Of a DNA stretch of 64,000 bases, positions 1 through 10,998 are shown one piece after another. The notes under the pieces are model-generated. The model searched no databases, was not told where the DNA came from, and saw nothing but the letters and a program-made list of their open reading frames with translations. The first letter of the stretch is position 1. Every line of letters begins with the position of its first letter. The stretch is from Hypanus sabinus. Its lineage: Eukaryota. The translations under genes and the position numbers were made by a program. Location of the stretch: the NCBI RefSeq assembly GCF_030144855.1, contig NC_082738.1:23312001-23376000 (forward strand). The letters are read 5' to 3'.

Positions 1-346
1 AAGAGGATGCTGTCCAAGTTGCATGCCATCTTGGACAATGTCTCCCATCCACTCCATAGGCACAGGAGTACATTCAGCCAGAGACTCATTCCACCGAGAT
101 GCAACACTGAGCATCATAGGAAGTCATTCCTGCCTGTGGCCATCAAACTTTACAACTCCTCCCTCGGAGTGTCAGACACCCTGAGCCAATAGGCTGGTCC
201 TGGACTTATTTCCACTCAGCATGATTAACTTATTATTATTTAATTATTTATGGTTTTATATTGCTATATTTCTACACTATTCTTGGTTGGTGCGGCTGTA
301 ACAAAACCCAGTTTCCCTCGGGATCAATAAAGTATGTCTGTCTGTC
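1..346 (+). mobile_element. 3' end of Rex1/Rex-Babar LINE, cut by the window edge
   Basis: C-terminus LSKLHAILDNVSHPLH..RSTFSQRLIPPRCNTEHHRKSFLPVAIKLYN, then 3' UTR, AATAAA and (GTCT)n tail. Near-identical to 31046-31487. Confidence 0.85.
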
Positions 347-490
347 GAACTCAGCAAGTCGGGCAGTTATCTATGGAAATGAATAAACAGTCAACATTTC
401 AGGACCGTCCTTCTGGACTGGAAAAGAGGGGGGAAGACGACAGAACAAAAAGGTAGGGGAGAGGAAGGAAAATAGCTTGAAGTTGAGGGA
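347..490 (-). mobile_element. Degenerate Penelope terminal-repeat fragment
   Basis: gaactcagcaagtcgggcag..tctatggaaatgaataaacagtcaacatttcagg matches the repeat at 13030, 25972, 51103 and 57637. Confidence 0.7.
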
Positions 491-639
491 GATGGCAGTG
501 AAGACAAGTTCCCAGGAAGAATTCGTGGCTGTGCTAGTGAGTCCGGGTGAGCATGTGGTTGAAGAGTCAGAGGGCAGTAGAGATCACGGGGAGCAGTGAG
601 AGAGGGTCTTACTGAACTCACTTTGAAGAGAACATTTAA

Positions 640-1060
640 ACTTCACCATGGTCCTCCTCCTCAGCTGCCTTCTCCCAGTGGTCAAGTGTCAGTGTGGATT
701 CTATCCACTTAGTGTCACAGTGGTCCTGATCATCATGTGCGACAACTCCCAAGAAAAATGCAGAGAGGAGGATCTAGCCACTATACGAGGCCTTAACTTC
801 CATAAAGCATTGCTTCCACTATTAAGAACGACTGTGAAGCACCCTTGTAGAAATTTGTCTTTATTTTTTGATTGCTTCATGACAGCATCCAAGCTGTGAT
901 CCTAAGCAACTGGTTAACAGAACCAATCTTAGAGAAAACAGGTGGCAGACAAAGCTGCAGTGTTGCTCCAATGCTTTTCTCAATCTTTCTTGCCACACAG
1001 TGTTGCACATCATCTCCAACAAAGTTTTGTGGAAATAGTGCTTACCTTCAGAACTAAACT
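640..1060 (+). mobile_element. Decayed RTE-clade LINE reverse transcriptase (RT) fragment
   Basis: Remnant motifs QEKCREE..NFHKAL (QEKCREQ..DLTKAF-like) and GGRQSCSVAPMLFSIFL (GVKQGCVIAPTLFSIF-like). Confidence 0.6.
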
Positions 1061-1094
1061 GTGAAGGAGTTGTATGCTTGTCTTAGAAGCAGTG

Positions 1095-1430
1095 CTTGAG
1101 GGTTCACTAGATTGATCCTAGGGTGAAGTGCGGGGGTGGGGGCTGCCTTGTGAGAGAAGATTAGGCCTATACTGTCTGTAGCTGAGAAGAACAAAGGTGA
1201 CCTCATTGAAATGCAGTATTCTTAGGAAATTTTATCAGGTTGTTGCGAAGAAGATGTTTCTGGTAGTGAGCTAGTCTAGAGCTAGAGACGTAGTCTCAAA
1301 ATAAGGGGTTGCTACCCGACCGGGATAAGAAGGAAATTTTTCTGCAAGAATTGCCAATCTCTGAAATTCTCCACCACAATGCACTGTGGAGGCTGTCAGT
1401 AAGAGCATTCAAGACTGATCATTTTTGGAC
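1095..1430 (+). mobile_element. Old CR1 LINE 3' fragment
   Basis: Degenerate match to the CR1 C-terminal region (ggttcactagattgat..aggtgacctcattgaa..gtggaggc). Confidence 0.55.
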
Positions 1431-1491
1431 TGGCTGCATTAGTATTTTTGAATCTGAAGTCAGTAGTGTTGCTAGCTAACAATATTTCAAT

Positions 1492-2300
1492 AGGTTCCAA
1501 CAGGTACATTTAATGTCAGAGAAATGTATACAATATACATCCTGAATTTCTTTTTCTTCGCAAACATCCACAAAAACAGAGCAGTGTATCAAAGAATGAA
1601 TAACAATTAAATGTTAGAACCCCAAAGCCCCCCAGCTCCCCCCTCCCACGCATAAGCAACAGCAAAGCAATGACCCCCCTCCCCCACCAGCAAAAAAGCA
1701 TCAGTGCCCCCCACTGAGCACACAAGCATGCAGCAAAGCACCAGTAAATACACAGACTTGCAGTACCCCAAAGACTACTCGTTCACCCAGTATTTTCTCT
1801 CTCCCTAATAAAGGAAAAAGAGGTGTCCTGTCCCACAGCGAGAGGGGAGACATAACAAAACAACTCGCCGATTTATGGTGTTCAAAGTCTATTGTGACGC
1901 TTTTTCTGAGCTCTGTGCCCAAAGAACTTGAGTCTCTGAGCACACAGCCAGCAGCCAGCTTGCTGCTTTCGATCTTCCATGTACTCCCACGACACACCAG
2001 GCGGCGGCACCAACCTCAAGTCTGCCCACCTCCCAAGTCACGAAAATCCAGCACCCTGAAAGTGCACTGGTCTTCCAGGCTGCATCCTTGGCATATCGAA
2101 AAGCAGCCGGTCGTGAGACACCGAGAGCGGGTCACATTCCCGCAAAAAACCAAAGTCAGAATGTAACTCCAGTTCAGGGTCTTCAAAAGAACCCTGAAAA
2201 GGAAAAAAAAGAGGTATTAAAGATAGAAATAGAGCTGTTTCCAAAGATGCAAGCAAAGGAGTCGTCAATAGGTGCCATCATCTCCTAAGCTCCACCTTCC
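1492..2300 (-). mobile_element. Non-autonomous retroelement with Rex/L2-like 3' tail
   Basis: On the minus strand it starts gatgatggcacc and ends cattaaatgtacctgttggaac. Related tails occur at 33554, 54847 and 29863. No credible ORF. Confidence 0.5.
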
Positions 2301-2566
2301 GTCTATTGAGAGTTATGGGGCCATTGTAGTTGAATGATGTTAGGGTACAGATCAGATATAATAGGAAAATGGTAGAACAAGCTCAAATGGCTGAATAACA
2401 TAATCCTATGATCTTAAAACCTTTTGATGGGTATGGATTTCAAAAATGTATTGAGCTTTTTAAATGTTAAGATTGTTACATTATGTCCAAGTATAGTACT
2501 GTATACCCTAGACACCCTAGATTTATCTATAAATTTTGTTTTATATGATTTTTGTTTTTTGCATTT

Positions 2567-5500
2567 CTGCAAGGGTGGTAATCTCGGGATTGCTGCTTGT
2601 GCCACAAGACAGAGAGGGTAGGAACAGGAAGTTGTGGCAGATGAATGTGTGGCTGAAGAGTTGGTGCAGGGGGCAGGGGTTCAGATTTCTGGATCATTGG
2701 GATCTCTTCTGGGGAAGGTCTGACCTGTACAGAAAGGACGGGCTGCACCTGAACTGGAAAGGGACCAATATCCTGGCGGGCAGGTTTGCTAGAGCTGTTG
2801 GGGAGGGTTTAAACTAGTTTGGTCGGGGGGTGGGAATCAGAATGTGAGTGCAGAGATTAGGGTAGAAGGACAAGGGCATAATGCTGTGTTTTCTGAGTTG
2901 GTGAGGAAGGACAGGCAGGGGACAAAACATAAATGTAGCCAGTTAGAGGGGTTGAGATGTGTCTATTTCAATGCTAGGAGTATTAGGAATAAAGGGGATG
3001 AACTTAGAGCATGGATCAGTACGTGGAACTACGATGTTATGGCTGTTACTGAAACTTAGCTGGAGGAACGGCAGGATTGACTGATGCAGGTATCAGGGTT
3101 TAGGTGTTTTAAAAGGAATAGGAAGGGAGGTAGAAAAGGGTGGGGGGGGAGTAGCATTACTGGTCAGGGTTAGTATCACAGCCATGGAAAGAGAGAATGC
3201 TGCAGAGGGAGTGTCCACTGAGTCGGTCAGGGTGGAAGTCAGAAATAGGAAGGGATCAATCACTATGCTGGGAGTAGTCTATAGGCCCCCGAGGAGCAGA
3301 TAAGCAGGCCGATTTTAGAATGGTGCAGGAAATACAGGGTTGTAGTTATGGGTGATTTCAACTTCCCTCCTGACTGCAAGGGGGATAGATGGGGCTGAAT
3401 TTGTCAGGTGTGTTCAAGAAGGATTCCTGACACAGTATGTGGACCGGCTGATGAGAGGAGAGGCCATACTGGATCTAGTTCTGGGTAATGAACCTGGTCA
3501 GGTGACAGACCTCTTGGTGGGGGAGCATTTTGGTGAGAGTGACCACAACTCCCTTAGCTTCAGCATAGCTATGGAAAAGGATAAAAACAGACAAAATGGG
3601 AAAGTGCTTAACTGGGGAAGGGCTAACTATGAAGGGATGAGGCAGGAACTAACGAGAGTAAATTGGAAACAGATGTTCAAGGGTGAAAACACAGAAGTAA
3701 TGTGGAGGACATTTAGGGACCACTTGTGCTGGGTTCAGGATAGGTTTGTCCCACTGAGACAAGGAAAAAATGGTAGGAAAAGGGAACTGCGGTTGACGAA
3801 ACACGTGAGGCAACTCGTCAAGAGGAAGAAGGAAGCATATGTTAGATATAAGAAGCAGGAGGGGCTCATGAGAAACATAGGGTAGCCAGGAAGGAGCTTA
3901 AGAAAGGACTTAGGAGAGCTCGAAGGGGGCATGAGAAGGCCTTGGCATGTAGGATTAAGGAGAACCCCAAGGCGTTCTATGCGTTTGTGAAGAACAGAAG
4001 GATTAACAGAATGAAGGTGGGGCCGCTAAAGGATAAAGAAAGCAACATGTGCTTGGAGGTGGAGGAGGTTGGGAAGGTTCTAAATGAATACTTTGCTTCA
4101 GTATTCATAAGTGAAAAGGACCTTGATCAGAGTGAGGTCGAAATAGAACAGGCCTGTGTGCTGGACAATGTGGAGATTAAGGAAGAAGTAGTGATGGATC
4201 TTCTTAAAAACATCAAGATTGTTAAGTCCCCAGGTTGCTGTGGGAAGTGAGAGAAAAGATCACTGGAGCATTAGCTATGATCTTTGAATCCTGTTTGGCT
4301 GCAGGGGAAGTGCCGGAGGACTGGAGAATGGCAAATGTAGTTCCCTTGTTTAAAAAAGGTAATAGGGTGAATCCTGGGAACTGTAGACTGGTGAGTCCCA
4401 CGTCGGTGGTCTGCAAACTATTGGAAATGATTCTTAAGAATAGGATCTACGAGCATTTGGAGAAGTACAGTCTAATCAAGGATAGTCAACATGGCTTTGT
4501 GAAGGGAAGATTGTGCCTCAGGAGCCTAATTGAGCTTTTTGAAGAGGTAACAAAAGAAATTGATGAGGGTAGGGCAGTAAATGTGGTCTGCATGGATTTT
4601 AACAAGGCATTTGACAAAGTCACCCATGAGAGACTCATCCAGAAAGTCATGAGGCATGGGATCAGTGGAACCTTGGCTGTTTGGATAAAAAAATTGGCTT
4701 ACAGGAAGAAGGCAGAGGGTAGTGGAAGGAAAGTACTCTGCCTGGAGGTCGGTGACTAGTGGAGTGCCGCAAGGATCTGTCCTGGGACCCCTGCTATTTG
4801 TGATTTTTGTAAATGACCTGAATGAAGAGTTGAAAGAGTGGGTAAGTAAGTTTGCAGATGACACGAAATTGGAGGAGTTGTGGATGGAGCTGTAGGTTGT
4901 CGAAGGTTACAAGAGGATATAGACAGGATGCAGAGTTGGACAGAAAAGTGACAGATGGAGTTCAATCTGAATAAGTGTGAGGTGATGCATTTTGGAAGGA
5001 CAAACCAGAAGGCTGAGTACAAGGTTAATGGTTGCTTAAGAGTGTGGATGAACAGAGGGACCTTGGAGTTCAAATCCATACATCCCTCAAGGTTGCTGCA
5101 CAGGTTGATAGGATAGTTAAGAAGGCCTATGGGATACTAGGCTTCATTAATAGGGGGATTGAGTTCAAGAGTAGAGAGGTCATGTTGTAACTCTACAAAT
5201 CTCTGGTGAGACCACACTTTGTGTTCAGTTCTGGTCAGCTCATTATAGGAAGGATGTGGAAGCTATGGAGAGGGTGCAGAGGAGATTTACCAGGATTTAC
5301 CAGGATGTTGCCAGGATTGGAAAGCAAGTCTTACGAGGCAAAGTCAACAGAGTTGGGATGTTTCTCTTTGGAGTATAGAAGGATGAGAGGGGACTTGACA
5401 GAGGTCTACAAGATTATGAAAGGCATGGATAGGATGGATAGCCAGTACCTGTTTCCCAGGGCATGAATAGCCAACACCAGAGAGCATATGTACAAAGACA

Positions 5501-5766
5501 AGGGAGGGAAGTTTAGGGGAGACATAAGGGGTAAGTTTTTTATACAGAGGGTTGTAGGTGCCTGGAATGACTTGCCAGGGATGGTGGTGGAGGCTAAAAC
5601 ATTAGGGGTATTTAAGAGCCTCTTGGACAGGCACGTGGATGAAAGAAAAATAGAGGGTTACAGGGTAGCGTGGGTTTAGTACTTTTTTTAAAGGAATATA
5701 TGGGTCGGCACAACACCAAGGGCCAAAGGGCCTGAACTGTGCTGTAGTGTGTAGTGCATTAGTGTG
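2567..5766 (+). mobile_element. CR1 LINE, 5'-truncated within ORF1 (SGNH esterase); ORF2 endonuclease-RT disrupted
   Basis: ORF1 end RFLDHWDLFWGRSDLYRKDGLHLN. ORF2 motifs [69 protein letters not shown]. Multiple stops and frameshifts; (tgtagtg)-like 3' tail. Confidence 0.95.
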
Positions 5767-6914
5767 TCAGTAGAAAAGAGCAAATTTTTGACTTCCAAAC
5801 ATTCATTTACCAAAAAATTAAATATTAGAAAATTTTTTTGTATTTCATTAAAAGAAGTAACATATTAAATAATAGATTACTTTTCAAATAAAAACTTGAT
5901 AACTTTGTCGGTATATAGACCAGTGCATGATTAAACAAAGATAACAAACAGAATGCTAATGATCAATGATATGATGAGTTGAATGAACTTAACTGAACAG
6001 AAATGGGTGTAGAAGGAATCAAATTGGGCAAAAGGCTACCAAGCTAAAAGGTGAGGGTGTGGCAGAAAGAGTGTGGGAAAAAGATTAAGCAGTTCTTGAG
6101 TTGTTAAACTAAATATTTTTATGTTGACCAGTTGCTTTTTGTCCCATTATGATGGATTTGTCTTTCTGGAGTTACGGCTTGACGCCAGAGGACAATAACT
6201 ATATCACAGGCAGCTTCCTTTTTGCTTACACTACCATGACCTATTGTAATGCACAATTTCTTACTTAAGTGTCATTTTTAAAGTAGAAAATAAACTTGAC
6301 TTGTCAATTTTAATTCATGTCTTTTAATGGATGTAAAAATGTTTTAACCCAGCAGTCTATACATTTGAAGTGAGGTTGGAAGGCCAGTGGAAGAATTAAA
6401 CTTCCAAGGTCTGTAGTTTGCTTGCACAGCACATCTTTCATTCTGCCTGGGACTATGTCAGACAAGGTGCAAGGCTTTCTTTTGATGTGTTGAGTAACTC
6501 CATTTGGCTGCTGTGTAATGGATTGTTTTTTTAAATAATGAAGTTAATAATTTGAGAGAGCATGCATTACCACAGCACAGTATCCATGTGTTAACCCATT
6601 GCCCTCACCAAAAATATCTATTCTGATTGTGCTCAAAAAGCTTCTGTTAAGGAAGGAAATAAGATGATGTAAGTGGTTCTTTGCAGGCTGTTCCTAAACA
6701 GAAGTAATTATCCTCTATTCATTTAATCAGAATGTGTCATAAAAGATCGTTTAACACGTCATGACTGCCATTCTTTTTTCCCCACAAGAGCTTTCTAGTT
6801 AACTCCACTCTGTTGCTCAGTCCCACCATCATTTTAGGCATCTCCTCAGAACTGAGGATGACTTGCATCCACTCTGGATTTGTAGGCTCTGAGGTGACTG
6901 AGGCCAAAGTAAGA

Positions 6915-7215
6915 CCCCAGTGTGGGCTTCTGTTGCTGTAGCCCATCCACTTGAAGGTTCGACGTGTTGTGCATTGAGAAATGCTCCTCTGCAAACCACT
7001 GTTGTAATGCCAGATATTTTAAGTTAGTGTTGCCTTCCTGTCACTTGAACCAGTCTGGCCATTCTCCTTTGACCTCTCATTAACAAGGTATTTTTACCCA
7101 CAGAACTTAGATCTCATTTCTTCCTTGGTCTGAACAACAACTGAACCTCCTGACCATGTTGGCATGCTTTTATACATTCTGTAGGTGTACTTAATATAGT
7201 GGTCACTGAATGTAT
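6915..7215 (-). mobile_element. Tc1 DNA transposon remnant
   Basis: Helix-turn-helix fragment QRSISQCTTRRTFKWMGYSNR. Terminal-repeat-like end taatatagtggtcactgaatgta is matched in inverse by tacattcagtggctacttta at 8631. Confidence 0.65.
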
Positions 7216-7443
7216 GTTTGCACAAAGGCGAATGGCGGGTCAGATGATTGAATATATTTGCAACATTTTCTGGTTTTTCTACTATGCAAGTTTTGTCCAC
7301 TCCTCTGCAGTGCCTTGATTTCTAAAAAGCTTTTAGCGATAGGAGTAAGTCCTTCTGGTTCTTCGAGGCACACTGTTCCTGCGATCCTTTAGAAATCCAA
7401 TTAACCTATTCACAGGATAATTTACAATGACCAATTAACCTAC

Positions 7444-7987
7444 TGTATCCAGAGATACCGGCCACGTGACAGACGCACTGCCACCTGGCTGGTCGGAGGA
7501 CACACCACACGCCGATCAACATTTGGTCCCTCCCAACTAATCAATGCACACCTAAATTATTGGTCACCTTAATTGGATTATCTCACCCAGCCCCATGCTA
7601 TAAAAGGTGAGACATGTACCTGGCTCGGGCTCTCTTACAGACCACCTCAGGAAGGTAAGTGCATTGATTTATGTTTGGGAAGGTTTATCGTTGGTCCTGG
7701 TAAGGGAGCTGCAGCTATCCAAGGTCAAGGGGGATAGCTGTCGTAGTGTTTTTCCCTTGTTCTTTGTTTGTGTAACCGTGCCCTGTCCCCACACTGCTTT
7801 CTGTGTATTGTACAGCCGACCCGACCTTCCCCACACGTGTTAACCCTAAACATTTTTTTGTTAGAATATTGTAGTTGCTTGTGTTGACCCGACTTCCCCT
7901 TGGAAATAAATTCCTTATTATTAAAACTGTATGTGTCCAGGCCTCTACTGTTGAGACTCAAAGAACCAGTTATTTTCTATCATACCA
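7444..7987 (+). mobile_element. Solo LTR (544 bp)
   Basis: TG...CA ends with 5-bp TSD CCTAC (7439-7443 and 7988-7992). TATAAAAG at 7599, AATAAA at 7905, ATTAAA at 7920. Interrupts the HE1 SINE precisely. Confidence 0.85.
7599..7660 (+). promoter_or_regulatory. LTR TATA box and consensus splice donor
   Basis: TATAAAAG at 7599-7606, pyrimidine-rich initiator-like gctctctt near 7630, AAG|GTAAGT with GT at 7655. Activity not demonstrated. Confidence 0.5.
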
Positions 7988-8096
7988 CCTACCCAGTACA
8001 TCTTTGGACTGTGAGAGGAAATTGGAGTATCCGGGGAAAACTCTCACAATCCACGGGGAGAACATACGGAGATTCCTTACAGAATGGCACTGGAAT

Positions 8097-8531
8097 GTCA
8101 TATGAAGAGCTTTTGATGGCTCTGAGCCTGTACTCACTAGAATTCCGAAGAATGAGGAATAACTTCATTGAAACCTATTGAATGGTAAAAAGTGTTGGAG
8201 TGGATATGGAGAGCATGCCTTCCTATAGTGGGAGTGCCTAAGACCAGAGGATACAGCCTCAGAATAGAGAGGCATCCATTTAGAATGGAGATGAGGAATT
8301 TCTTTAGGCAAAGAGCGGTGAATCTGTGGAATTCGTTGCCACAGGCAATTGTGGAGGCCAGGTCTTTATGTATATTTAAGGCAGAGGTTGACAGATTCTT
8401 GATTGGTCAGGGATATGGGGCAAAGGTAGGAGGTTGGGGCTGAGAGGAAGAATGGATCTGTCATTATGAAATGGTGAAGTGGACACGACGGTCTGAATGG
8501 CCTAATTCTGCTCCTATATCTTATGGTTTTA
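8097..8531 (+). mobile_element. 5'-truncated CR1 3' end nested in HE1 SINE
   Basis: SYEELLMALSLYSLEFRRMR..IETY, NLWNSLPQ, tcttatggttttatgg tail. TSD TGGAAT at 8091-8096 and 8532-8537. Confidence 0.88.
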
Positions 8532-8630
8532 TGGAATTGAACTCCGAACTCTGGAACGCTCCGAGCTGTAATAGCGTTGCGCGCTCCACTATGCTGCTGT
8601 GATAGTACTATAGTAAAGGTGCTATATAAA

Positions 8631-8722
8631 TACATTCAGTGGCTACTTTATATGTACATTAATGCAAATCACTAATCAGCCAATCATGTGGCAACAACTC
8701 ATTGCATAAAAGCATGAACACC
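8631..8722 (+). mobile_element. Tc1 5' terminus fragment
   Basis: TA + cattcagtggctacttta, then taatcagccaatcatgtggcaacaactc..cataaaagcatg, typical of a Tc1 left end. Confidence 0.55.
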
Positions 8723-9953
8723 TAGGGGAAAAAAGTTCTTCAGGTCCTCTCTAAATCTCGTATCTCTCACTAATCCTATGCCCTCTGGTCTTAGACACTT
8801 TAGCCTCATTTCAGAAAGAATCCCAGCTGTAAATGCTTTTATAGGGCAACATAGGAGACTCAGAAGAGCTGACTGATTCCTTCAGAAAGACAGCACTGCC
8901 TTCAAAAAGTCCCTTGAATAGGTAACTGCTATTTCAAAATCCACTTCCCATATAGGTGGATGACAAGGGTCACTTCCAAAATGTGTAAGCTTGGTGAAAG
9001 GCAGAATATTAGTGTGCCATGTTGTTCTTGAACTGTTTGATTCCAAAATGGGCACATTTTCAAGTGGAAGAACTGTTGGTTTCAGTTCGGTAAATGTTAC
9101 CCAGTTTGGTGCTATTAACGTATGTAGCATATAAGTTGTCAGGTTTGACATTCTTTTGAAGTGTAATGTCTTTTTTATTCCATTATGTATAACCTGACTG
9201 TGAATTTTTCTTGAGAATTTTGAGATGTTACCGAACTGCCGTGTGATTTGGAAAAAAAATGTCCTTGATGTGGTCACCTTGTGACTGTAGCTGTTTGTGA
9301 TACTGTTGGAAATCTGCTGTATTTTGGTGCTTTGTGGTGGCAATGTCTCAGTTACGGCTTGTAGTAGCAGACTAAAGTGTGAGAGGCAATTGTTCGTGTA
9401 AGTGCTAAATTGGGTGTCAATCCAAATGTTTTTTTTAAATATCCCTTTGGATTTATGGAGCTCAGTATTCACAACAGCTGTACAACTGCAGTCATGGGGC
9501 CAAGATAGCATAGTAACTTTACGACTATTTTCAGCCTCTGCAAGAAAGTTACTAAAAGGTGAGGAGGTGCCATAATCTCAGACCTGCTTACTTATCGTGC
9601 AAATTAAACTGTTAAACTCAGGAAATCTCTTACTAAGCTCTCCAAGGCAGTTATGTTAGTTTAAAAAAATAGCTGTTAGAGTGATACTGAGCTACGGAGC
9701 AGAAAGGGACTGGATAACATTCCCAATCTCTACTGTTTAGTTGATCTCAAGTAAGACAGATAGGCCTCAATGACCTTTAAACTGGGAAGAAGAAACCTTA
9801 GCTTTGGGTCCTGTTCCATGTGTTCATCCAGTGAACAATCTCCCAACCCCCAACTAGTGCAGAGTAAAAACCTGTAGATGTTGGTTGAAAGCTGGGTCAA
9901 ATTTATTTTTAATTGGTTGATAAATCCATGCTATCAGGAGCATTACAGAGAAT

Positions 9954-10680
9954 CACGCATAAAATGCTGGAGAACTCAACCTGCCGAATATTGAAAGGAC
10001 TGGATAAAGGTGTGTGTGGAGAGGATGTTTCCTATGGTGGAGGTATCCAGAACTAGAGGGCACAGACTCAAGATTGATGGGTGACCTTTTAGATTTTAGA
10101 ACAGAGGTAAGGAGGAATTTTTTTTTTAGCCAGAGAGTAGTTAATCTGTGGGATACTTTGCTACAGACTGCAGTGGAGGCCAAGTCTGTGGGTATATTTA
10201 AGGCAGAAGTTGATCACTTCCTGATCGGTCAGGGCATCAAAGACTATGGCAAGAAGGCAGGTGTACAGGGTTGAGTGGGATCCAGGATCAGCCATGACGG
10301 AATGGTGGAGTAAATTCAATGGGCTGAATGGCCTAATTCTGCTCCAATGTTTTATGGTCTAACTCAGCAAGTCAGCCCACATCTATGAAAATGAATAAAC
10401 AGTCAATATTTTGGGCCAAGATGAAACTAGGTGAGGGGAAAGGTGGATGAGTGGAGAAGGATGATGAAGTAAGAAGCTGGGAGCTGATAGGGGGAGGAGG
10501 TAAAGGGCTGAAGAAAAAGGAATCTGATAGAAGAGTACAATGGGCCATGGAAGAAAGGAAAAGAGGAGAGCCATCAGAGGGAGATGTCCAGCAGGGAAGG
10601 AGAAGAGAAGGGGGTGAGACTATAACCAGAATGGGGAATGGAAAAAGAGAGGAGGAGGGAGTAATTATCAGAAATTGGAG
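9954..10680 (-). mobile_element. Penelope 3' region and terminal repeat, interrupted by CR1
   Basis: aaaatgctggagaactca...aactcagcaagtcag..atctatgaaaatgaataaacagtcaa, followed by the purine-rich region shared with 51240-51480. Confidence 0.75.
9979..10360 (+). mobile_element. 5'-truncated CR1 3' end
   Basis: FRTEVRRNFFFSQRVVNLWD..FKAEVD, 3' tail ttttatggtct. Direct repeat AACTCA at 9973-9978 and 10361-10366. Confidence 0.88.
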
Positions 10681-10848
10681 ATGTGCACCCTATCATGCTG
10701 AAATGGGTATTTTTAAACTTCACATTTGAGTTCACATTCTGTACAAATAAGAATAAATGGAACATGATTTTTTTTTGATTACTGAATATCTACCCGAGAC
10801 TAATATCTCTTTACTTTCTTTTTCGTCCCTTCCCTGGCTTGTTTCTAG

Positions 10849-10998
10849 CTCTTAGAATATGTCGGCAAAGGGAAAAGCATAATGGATGTAGGACTGGCGC
10901 AAGCAAGACATCCCCTCAGCACCAGAAGTCATTACTTCGAAGTAGAAATAGTTGACCCAGGTGAAAAGTGCTACATTGCCTTAGGATTGGCACGAAAG
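10849..10998 (+). CDS. SPRYD3: Internal coding exon of SPRY domain-containing protein 3 (start of the second SPRY domain)
   Basis: Polypyrimidine tract and tttctAG acceptor (AG at 10847-10848); AAG|GTAAGT donor (GT at 10999). 150 nt, phase 0/0. Translates to LLEYVGKGKSIMDVGLAQARHPLSTRSHYFEVEIVDPGEKCYIALGLARK, nearly identical to vertebrate SPRYD3 as I recall it. Missed by the ORF track because it is short. Confidence 0.95.

Larger units (their letters stand above)
7400..8600 (-). mobile_element. HE1-type tRNA SINE split into three pieces (about 7400-7443, 7988-8096, 8532-8600) by two nested insertions
   Basis: tttacaatgaccaattaacctac / ccagtacatctttggactgtgagaggaaa..ccggggaaaactc..ggggagaacatac..ccttacaga / ggaattgaactc join into the elasmobranch HE1 SINE once the inserts are removed. 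Confidence 0.8.

Noticed and set aside
2536-5679. CR1 ORFs (and the Rex ORFs at 46797-49004) as functional genes or active elements
   Set aside because: Both are 5'-truncated with multiple stops and frameshifts; no intact ORF2 is present in the window.
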